Positions 51,786-61,402 of a stretch of DNA of 64,000 nucleotides are shown piece after piece (within the stretch, counting starts at the first letter, position 1; the number at the start of each line of letters is the position of its first letter). The notes below the pieces were generated by a model. That model did no database searches. It was not told the origin of the DNA and saw only the letters and a program-made list of their open reading frames with translations. The DNA lies in assembly GCF_963921235.1 (NCBI RefSeq), contig NC_086097.1, positions 111,602,001 through 111,666,000 of the forward strand. Reading direction: 5' to 3'. This DNA is from Mobula hypostoma. Taxonomy: Eukaryota. Both the position numbers and the translations under genes were made by a program.

Positions 51786-53414
51786 ATGGGCTATGGCATG
51801 CTATGAAATGCTATGGGCACCTGTATGGGTCCTAGCTATGCCTGCCTTTTTGTTGGCTTTGTGGAACAATCTATGTTCCGTGCCTATTCTGGTATCTGTC
51901 CCCCACTTTTCCTTCGCTACATCGACGACTGCATTGGTGCTGCTTCCTGCACGCATGCAGAACTCGTTGACTTTATTAACTTTGCCTCCAACTTTCACCC
52001 TGCCCTCAAGTTTACCTGGACACCATTTCGGACACCTCCCTCCCCTTTCTAGATCTTTCTGTCTCTGTCTCTGGAGACAGCTTATCCACTGATGTCTACT
52101 ATAAGCCTACTGACTCTCACAGCTATCTGGACTATTCCTCTTCTCACCCTGTCTCTTGCAAAAATGCCATCCCCTTCTCGCAATTCCTTCGCCTCCGCCG
52201 CATCTGCTCTCAGGATGAGGCTTTTCATTCTAGGACGAGAGAGATGTCTTCCTTTTTTAAAGGAAGGGGCTTCCCTTCCTCCACTATCAACTCTGCTCTT
52301 AAACGCATCTCCCCCATTTCACGTACATCTGCTCTCAGTCCATCCTCCCGCCACCCCACTAGGAATAGGGTTCCCCTGGTCCTCACCTACCACCCCACCA
52401 GCCTCCGGGTCCAACATATTATTCTCCGTAACTTCCGCCACCTCCAACGGGATCCCACCACTAAGCACATCCTTCCCTCCCCCCCCCTCTGCATTCCGCA
52501 GGGATCGCTCCCTACACAACTCCCTTGTCCATTCGTCCCCCCCATCCCTCCCCACTGATCTCCCTCCTGGCACTTATCCGTGTAAGCGGAACAAGTGCTA
52601 CACATGCCCTTACACTTCCTCCCTTACCACCATTCAGGGCCCCAAACAGTCCTTCCAGGTGAGGCAACACTTCACCTGTGAGTCGACTGGGGTGATATAC
52701 TGTGTCCGGTGCTCCCGATGTGGCCTTTTATATATTGGCGAGACCCGACGCAGACTGGGAGACCGCTTTGCTGAACATCTACGCTCTGTCCGCCAGAGAA
52801 AGCAGGATCTCCCAGTGGTCACACATTTTAATTCCACATCCCATTCCCATTCTGACATGTCCATCCACGGCCTCCTCTACTGTAAAGATGAAGCCACACT
52901 CAGGTTGGAGGAACAACACCTTATATTCCATCTGGGTAGCCTCCAACCTGATGGCATGAACATCGACTTCTCTAACTTCCACTAAAGCCCCACCTCCCCC
53001 TCGTACCCCATCTGTTACTCATTTTTATGCACACATTCTTTCTCTCACTCTCCTTTTTCTCCCTCTGTCCCTCTGAATATACCTCTTGCCTATCCTCTGG
53101 GTCCCCCCCCCCCCTTGTCTTTCTTCCCGGACCTCCTGTCCCATGATCCTCTCATATCCCTTTTGCCTATCACCTGTCCAGCTCTTGGCTCCATCCCTCC
53201 CCCTCCTGTCTTCTCCTATCATTTTGGATCTCCCCCTCCCCCTCCAACTTGCAAATCCCTTACTCACTCTTCCTTCAGTTAGTCCTGACGAAGGGTCTCG
53301 GCCTGAAACGTCGACTGCACCTCTTCCTAGAGATGCTGCTTGGCCTGCTGCGTTCACCAGCAACTTTGATGTGTGTTGCTTGAATTTCCAGCATCTGCAG
53401 AATTCCTATTGTTT
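51786..53414 (+). mobile_element. Younger Penelope-like element, 5'-truncated (RT C-terminal half plus GIY-YIG endonuclease)
   Basis: Peptides MGTCMGPSYACLF, FLRYIDDC, CKRNKCYTC and VIYCVRCSRCGLLYIGETRRRLGDRFAEH. 15-bp TSD atcttcagatattct at 51771-51785 and 53415-53429. Confidence 0.93.
53281..53316 (+). ncRNA. Minimal type I hammerhead ribozyme motif in Penelope terminal repeat
   Basis: agtc-CTGACGA-agg gtctcgg cct-GAAA-c-GTC-gact, identical to 46702-46737. Confidence 0.8.
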
Positions 53415-54429
53415 ATCTTCAGATATTCTCTTGTTTGTGGCCCACAACAGAGGAGAGAGCCAATTTCACTCGTTCTCTGTGATGTTCACTCCTCTCTCCG
53501 AGGCGCCAGAGCCTTTCGCTGTTTCGTCATTGGGACAATTTAATCGCTGGCCCAGATAGACTGAAAAGACAGGGTGTCGGCTGGGACAAGAACCCATTTT
53601 GCTCGTTCTCCGCGATGGTCATCTCCAAGGCACAGAGGCTATGAAGACTGCCCCGGCTGCTGTGCTCCATGCCCAATAATATGATGAACAGATAAGCGAG
53701 GTTTTGGGCCTACTCTGGGCTGCTGCAGGGTTCAGACCTGCTGACTCATTTTTGGTTCGGAATGCTGTTGTTCACTTCCATTATTGACATGACTTGTATT
53801 TTTATTCTTTCTCTTGCGCATTGAGTGGAGGTCTTTTTATTTTTATTCTTTTCTTTCTTTAAATTGTCTTTTTTCAGGTTTCTTGCTTTGTGGCTTCCTG
53901 TTAGTAAGCAAATCTCAAGGTTGTATAATTTATACATTCTTTGATCATCTGATTCAGCATACAATTAATTTTGTAGGGACATGTGCTCTTATCGTTGGCT
54001 GTAAGCACTGTAAATACACAGCATTTCATAGGAAATACACGTTGGGTATTCTATAGGTAGATGGGATTGGGCTGTTCTAAGGGTGTGTCAACGTAAATTT
54101 GGATTAGCTTCACTCTCCGGTGACATCATAAATAGGGGTTCGATACACATGCATAGGGAGATACACAGACATATATACTCTGGTCTTTTGTCGTCATGCC
54201 ACTGAAGCCTTGAGGGTAAGAAAGAATTCAGAGGCTGTTAGCAAACATTTAACAAACGTACAGTGATTAACTTGTACAGACACCTTACAAGCTGCGAGCT
54301 CACAAAGAGCTAAAGAGTCATTTGGAATTGTTCAGACTTTCATCTAATTTTTTTTTACAAAATTTTATACATCACCACACATCCCCATGATTACATACAC
54401 CAGCAAAGAAGTCCCCCAGCAAACCTCTC

Positions 54430-55090
54430 TGCTTTTCCGTTCAATGGCATTGGTATTTCCATACAAGGCTGTGATGCAACCAGTCAGTATACTCTCTACT
54501 GCACATCTATAGAAGTTTGACAAAGTTTTAGATGTGCCAAATCTTCACAGACTTCTCAGAAAGTAGAAGTGCTGCCGTGCAAATTTCTTTGTAATGACAC
54601 TTATGCGTTGGACCCAAGACAGATCCTCTGAAATGATAACAAAGAGGGATTTAAAGTTGCTGACCCTCTCCACCTCTGATCTCCCAATGAGGACTGGCTC
54701 ATGAATCTCTGGTTTCCTCCTCCTGAAGTCATTTATCAGCTCTGTGGTCTTGCTGACACTAAGTGAGAGGTTGCTGATGTGGCACCAGTTAGCTCGATTT
54801 TCAATTTCCCTGCTATATGCTGATTAATCACCACCTTCGATTCAGCCAATGACAAGTTTAAGTTCAGCTAACTTAAATATGCCAGCTGAGCTTAGCCTCA
54901 CAGTCATGAGCATAAAGAGAGCAGAGCAGACAGTTACATCACACAGCCCTGTGGTGAACTTGTTCTAATAGAAATTCAGGAGGTGTTGCCAATCTGAACT
55001 GACTGGGATCTGCAAGTGAGGAAGCTGAGGATTCAGTTGCACAAGGAGGTATTGAGGCCTAGGTCTTATTGATTAGTTTTGAGGGGATGA
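54430..55090 (-). mobile_element. Old Rex1/Babar-type LINE fragment
   Basis: Similar to the reverse-complemented RT 3' region at 46800-47160 and 49300-49950. Confidence 0.65.
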
Positions 55091-55094
55091 TAGG

Positions 55095-55925
55095 GGAGAT
55101 TTGGCAAATTTGTAATTACCACTGGATCAGTCATCCAAAAACCCAGTTATACATGCTGTGAACATGAGTTTAATCCTAACATGGCAGATGGTGAATTTGA
55201 ATTCATAAAAATATCTGATGACCATGAAACCATGTTGTCGTAAAAACTCATCTAGTTCACTAATGTCCCTTAGGGGAGGAATCTGCTGTCCTTACCTGGT
55301 CTGGCCTATATGTGACTCCAGACCCACAGCAATGTGGTTGACTGTTAAATGTTCTCTGTAATAGCCTAGCAAGCAACTCAGTTGTATCCAACCGCTAAAA
55401 AGAAAATAATACCGGAATACTCACCACTCGCCTGGATGAGTACAGCTCCATCAACACTCAAGAAACTTGACACCATCCAGTACAAGGCAGCCCACTTGAT
55501 TGGTACCCCTTCCACAAGCATCCAATCCCTCCACCATCGACGAACAGTTGCAGCAGTGTGTACTATCTACAAGATGCACTGCAACAACACACCAAAGTTC
55601 CTATGGCAGCACCTTCCAGACCCACGACCGCTACCATCTAGAAGGACGAGAACAGCAGAAACCTGCCAACACCACCATTTGGAAACCCCCTTCCAAGTCA
55701 CTCACCATCCTGACTTGGAAATATATCACTGTTCCTTCATTTTTGCTGGGTTAAAATCACAGAATTCTATCCCTAAGAGCACTGTTGGTGTACCTGTGCC
55801 TCAGGGACTGCAACAGTTCAAGGAGGAAGCTCACTACCACCTTCTCAAGGGCAATGAGGGATGGGCAATAAACGCTGGTATAGCTGGCGACGGCCACATC
55901 CTGTAAATGAATAAAAAAATAAAGT
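55095..55925 (+). mobile_element. SINE with MetaSINE/SlmI-like central domain and a long LINE-derived 3' tail
   Basis: Domain gtcgtaaaaactcatctagttcactaatgtcccttagggggaggaatctgctgtccttacctggtctggcc (recalled). Tail encodes EYSPLAWMS..LDTIQYKAAHLIG..SLHHRRTVAA (LINE ORF2 C-terminus). A-rich end. Confidence 0.6.
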
Positions 55926-56327
55926 ATTAAATCTCGAGCAATAGTCAAGGAAGGACATCCTGATGTATGCATCTTCAGTGTCCAGATGCCCAAGGGTTCT
56001 GTAAAGAGAGGATGAAATCTGCTGTTGACCTGTTGTGACAGTGGGCAACTGGCTGGATCCCAGTCACTTCTCAGACAGGTACCGCATCTGGGCCGGAAGC
56101 TTTCCATGGGTACACGCCTCTCTCCCCTGAAGGATGCTCTCATGTCACCCTCAGAGACTGAAATCCCAGTTTCATTGGGGTTTGTGGGAGTTCGTGAAGG
56201 TGCCTCTATGCTTTGATGGCCAAAGCGAGCATACGTAGCATTGAGCTCATCCATGAGAAAAACCTTGTTGAGACCTACATCAATTGATTTCTCTTTGTAG
56301 GAAGAGGTAACGTTCAAGCCCCACCAC

Positions 56328-57611
56328 TGTCATATGTGGGGGGTGCTGGTGGCAGACCCAAATGCAAGACACAGACACTGACGTACTAGGAACAGGACTT
56401 GACTAGAGAGCTGGGACAAGAACACAGACTTGGGCTAGGACAATGGCTAGGCAAGTGGGACCAGGACAAGGAACTGGGAACTAGGAGCCTGGGCTTGACT
56501 CCGAGCCGGAGACTAGACAAGGACCCAGAACCTGGGTCTTTACTCGGGCTCGGACCCCAGAACTAGGTGAGGACATGACGTGGCTACAGGACTGGAGATG
56601 GCTTGGGTACTTCGAGATGAGGACATGACAAGACTTGGGTTTGGACTCTGAGCCAGAGACTGGACAAGGACCCAGAACCTGGGTCTTGACTTGGGCTCGG
56701 ACTCCGGAACTAGGCAAGGACATGACGTGGTCTTGGGAGACAGGACTAGGTGAGGCTATAGGATAGAACGAAAGACTCCTGAGCAAGATGAGGGAACTCC
56801 GGTACAGGATGAGGGAACCCCAGCACAGGAAGAAGCACATGGACAAGACGAGAACACGAAGCCTTGACTTGGTACTCAGGAACAGCCGAGTCTTGGACTT
56901 GGGACGACAGGAACACAGAGCCTTGGTCTAGAGCACAGGAACACAGAGCCTTGGACTTGAGAGACAGGAACACAGGGACATGGAACACAAGGCCGGGACC
57001 CCTCCTTGGGAACAGGACTTAGGGACGGGGCTCTACACAGAATGCTGAACAGGACGAGACAGTTCCGAACACTAGGTAGTGGCAAACGGCTGGACCTACC
57101 TAGCGAAGGCGTGGACACAGAGATGGATCCCAATACTAGGTAGCGGCAAACGGCTGGACCTACCCAGCGATGGTGTGGACACAGAGACAGTTCCAACTCA
57201 ACGATAGACAGTTCCTTAACTTGATGCAGCAAGGCTCCGGTCTCGCTCCAGTGGTTGAACTTGACAAGGTTGCAGGCAAGGCTCCAGAAGGAAGGGGAAG
57301 GGAAGGGAAGAGTCCAGCCTCAGGGTAATGGCAGAAACGGCCTGACTTACCCAATGGAGGCAAGGACAGGAAGGAAGGGACTGATACAACCACAGGGTAA
57401 TGGCAAAGACAGCCTGACTTACCCCACAGAGGCGAGGACCGGATACTCTCGAGACGACCCAGCAACCACACTCGAACCCAGCCCCAAGACGAGCATCAGG
57501 TGCCCATGATTAAGCCCAATTGAAAAAGGGGACAGCCAGAAGACCCAGAGTCCGGAGTCCACGGACCGGACCATGAACCGGAACGCAGACTTCACGGACC
57601 GGTCCATGACA
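56328..57611 (-). mobile_element. Solo LTR (1284 bp, probably Gypsy-type) with internal tandem duplications
   Basis: Termini TGTCAT...ATGACA; perfect 5-bp TSD accac at 56323-56327 and 57612-57616. Interrupts a Rex-type LINE. Internal repeats with periods of about 147, 64 and 72 bp. Confidence 0.85.
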
Positions 57612-57616
57612 ACCAC

Positions 57617-58245
57617 AGCTGTCGCACATCCTTCAGTGATTCGTGTTTGGTTCAGAATTGCTACTTCGCACGAGAGATGGCTTTCTGGAGATCGTACCTG
57701 GACCTCTTGTATATTGTCGCTACTGATCTGGCCCTCAGCATTGCGGTTCTTATTGTTCATCCAGTGCTTCTGAAGGGGGAAAACCCTGAAGAATTGTAGG
57801 GTACACTTGTCTACAACTGTTTTTAAAAGTCCGTGTCTAGCGTTCTGTATGCTTTCATACCCTCCGATGAATCCTTGAACACGATCCAATCCACCCATTC
57901 GAAGCAATCCCGTAGCCACTGCTCTGCCCCTGCGACCACACCTCCTTGTTATCCTTACTTCCGGAGCCTTGCTCTTTAGCCTCTGCCTGTGTACAGGGAG
58001 GCGGAGAACAGACAAATGATCAGATTTCCCCATTTGCAGTCTCGGCAAGGAACAACAGGTATTACTAATCGTAGTACAGCAGCGGTCGAGTGTGTTGGGA
58101 CCCCTGGTGCTGCAAGCGATATGTTGATGATAACTGGGCAGAGATTTCTTCAAACAAGTCTGATTGACGTCCCCGACAATGATTTACGTGACGTTGGGGT
58201 AGGGTGTTTCTTGTTTGCCCTTAGTACATCCAGTGCCTGCTTAAC
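57617..58245 (-). mobile_element. Rex1/Babar-type LINE fragment (endonuclease/tether), continuous with 55935-56327
   Basis: Peptide YHQHIACSTRGPNTLDRCCTTI..GKSDHLSVL.LP..RQRLK. Confidence 0.75.
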
Positions 58246-58369
58246 ATCGCCTTTAAATGTATGTATATTTTGGAAATCACTGAATTTTTATCAAATACCA
58301 TCTGTTCACCAACATTCCCCAGGACCAGACTTTTTTCCATTCATCATCGCTCTGTAACCTAAGACTATC

Positions 58370-58936
58370 TGTTACAGGGCCATAGGATGCGGACCCAAGT
58401 GCAGGACACCGACACGTAGGTAACATTAACAGAAGTGTGTTTATTAACAGTTGTAAAGAAAGCCAGAGAGCGAGGATTAGATGCCTACATGGACATGATC
58501 GTAGGACAACAAACCGGAGGAGCCTGGACCCGGGACTCGGACATGGAGCCTGGATTGTCATGGTCCCATCTGGCAATTCCCCATCTTGCTATTACATATT
58601 TAGTTGGGCTTTAATCCCCTCGTCTGATTTCCACTCATTCCCAGTTCCACTAATTACAGCACGCCTGGTCCCCATTAGCGAACATAGGCGGCACAGCCAT
58701 GCTTTGCCAGTTCGTTGGTCGACTCTAGAATGAGTAGACCTCGGTTCCTGATTCCTTGGGACTGTCAGTTCTAAACTCCGCATCATTTCCTGGATACTCT
58801 AGGTAAACCTTTTCTCCGTGTAAAGACTCTCCTGGATACCGGTTCCCCGTTCGCGGCGGTGCGGACGCCTCACGACTTTGCCCCTGAGCTTGTGTCCTGC
58901 ATTTGGGTTCATCCTCAGCCTCGTCCTTGCAACGCG
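58370..58936. mobile_element. Composite LTR-derived insertion with inverted LTR ends
   Basis: Left end tgttac..ggacccaagtgcaggacac; right end gtgtcctgcatttgggttc..ttgcaacg; internal TGTCATGG start at 58556. Flanked by tatc/tatc. Confidence 0.6.
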
Positions 58937-60354
58937 TATCTCCTGTTAACCATCCAACTTGACACATAGTTCACCAAATTGGTTTGCATTCAATAAAATC
59001 GAATACTGTATTCCGGCTTCCTCGTGGCACCTTTTCGAAGTTCTCTGCGACGTAAACCGTATCAAATGAACTGTTGCCATTGACATGCTGTTATTTCTTT
59101 GGGAAGTCTCACTGAGTAGTTAGATCCAATCTGACATCAACCAAAATGGCTATCCCTGATCAATCCTTGCCTTCCGAAATAATGGAGCTTTATTCCATCC
59201 TGATGTTTTCCCCACATCGTCGATGTCAGTGACGTTGGATGACTCGCTGGCCTGTAATTGTCCAATTTATCCTTTCAGGACCTTCTTCATTAATCGCAAC
59301 ACAGCTGCTGCCGACCAGTTGTGTGGCACCAGACCCATCCGATCACCCCCTTTGCCTTTCACGGCAGTCCGGGTACATCTTGGCAAGCCAAATATATTAA
59401 CTTATGCCTGCTAAGAGTTTCAGTACAACATCATAATTAACATTTACGTTGCAAAACGAGGCTTCCCCTCTTCCGTGAAATCTGCAACTTGTCTTTCTCC
59501 TTAATGAATACCGATCAGAAATTGCCTTTTATACACACATACTGTTCGCTTCCTTGGTTGTTAACGGGGTTTATTCTTTCCCTGTTAATACCGATGATAT
59601 CAACGTACCAATATATTAGATCAACAGTGACGTCCAAGATCAGTAAGGCGGTTGTACAAGGCTTCGGGGAGAGCGAAAGGATGACAAGGCACAGAAGAAG
59701 TCATGGTCACCAACTTTAATCAAGGAAGACCACAGTTTGCAAGGACCATGAGGTCGAGAGAATGGAACTGTTCCAATACAACGGATTTTCCACTTTTAAA
59801 ACTCCCGCCCAGGTCTCCTGTCATTGTTGCAAACCACGGACAACTAACACAATGGTAATATCATACTATTGTATTCAGTACCTTGTCTTGTCCCTAATCT
59901 CTTCTTGCAGGGAAAGTAAGAACATAGTACGACCGAGGAACAGGTCCGTCTGTCCTTGATATCAAAACCAACTACATTTCCAATATAAGTTGCACATTAG
60001 CCTTCATGCGGTTGACATCCAAACATTCCCTATCTGTTCATGTGCCGGAGTATATGGCTCTTAAAATTTCTTATACTGTATTTCTGTATGCATTTTGTAA
60101 CCCTGAACGTGAATTCTTAGTCTCATCTTCCTTTGCAGAGTCTTCCTTTGCAATTATCCTGCCTTTACTATCCCTTGACATCGAGTATCCCTTGGACCTG
60201 CAAGCTGTACTTTCCATCTTCATGGGAAGTCGATGGCCGTGAAATCCCACTGACTCAATTCTAATGACACCCCTGTTGGACGTGTACTTACCTGCAACGA
60301 GTTGTTACAACGTTGTGCCAGAGTGTGAACGGAATCGGAACTTACGTGAAACAC

Positions 60355-60545
60355 CACACATAGAAGTTGCTGGTGAACACAGCAGGCCAGGCAGCATCTC
60401 TAGGAAGAGGTACAGTCAACGTTTCGGGCCGAGACCCTTCGTGACGACTGTACCTCTTCCTAGAGATGCTGTCTGGCCTGCTGCGTTCACCAGCAACTTT
60501 TATGTGTGTTGCTTGAAATTCCAGCATCTGCAGATTTCCTCGTGT
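60355..60545. mobile_element. Penelope-derived fold-back mini-element
   Basis: 63-bp inverted arms at 60355-60417 and 60446-60508 (3 mismatches), 28-nt loop. Imperfect TSD ttacgtgaaacac/ttatgtgaacac. Confidence 0.85.
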
Positions 60546-61402
60546 TTATGTGAACACGTTGTGCTCTATGATGTTGTGAAACCAGATCGAACATGAGAGG
60601 AGATCGGACAGTATTTGCGAGATGTATGTTCGAGAGATCATGCCATTCAAGGGAATTTGCTGAGGCTGAATATAAAATTCAAACCAGTTCGGACTGGTAA
60701 ATGGGAAAACACCATACGGGTGTTGCTATCAAACCACTATGGAGGCGGCGCTCAGTTTAGCAAGGGGAGGTTGGGATCTGCCGATCTACAAAATTTGGAT
60801 GACCCGCTCAGGACAGTCGGATAAGCCCACAGCTGAAAGGGGAACACATTTAGTTAAAAGTTTTATCATTCCAATAGATCACACCAATTTGACACGTGGT
60901 CGGTTTAAAATACCATATTACTCTGTGAAATTCTAGGATCCGGGATGGGGAGAATTTGTTTGTTTATACTTATTTAATTTCATTGACTTAGTCCGTTAAT
61001 TTGAGATAATACTTATAATTAATTTGGAAAACTACGAAGACAATTACCGCAATGTCCATCTTTAATCACAGCAACACTGTCCTGAGAGAGGGGCTCTGAT
61101 ACTTGGAATTACATTACTAATTGAAACAAAATGCAGAAAAACGTCTAAACGATGTGAGGTTGAGCTGGTGGGGAGGGACTGAAGGTCGTTTGAAATGATA
61201 TCTTAATAGCTGGAAGAAAAGTTCTACACTTTTTCACCCATCAGTGTGATGAGCCCTTTGGATGTCAATTCAGCCTCCGAAGTAAACACAGGGATTTCAT
61301 CAGGGACTTCAATCAGCTGTAGTCATCTGTCTGTTCATTTAAAAAAAAATTCTAAATATTATGAAATCTCATTGTCCCATTGGGGATCCTAACGCATATA
61401 AA

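Noticed and set aside
58277..58967. Trp-rich peptide restored by removing the LTR composite (MCQVGWLTGD|SLRLQSDDEWKKVWSW)
   Set aside because: The nucleotides resemble a decayed minus-strand CR1 RT region, not a host exon.
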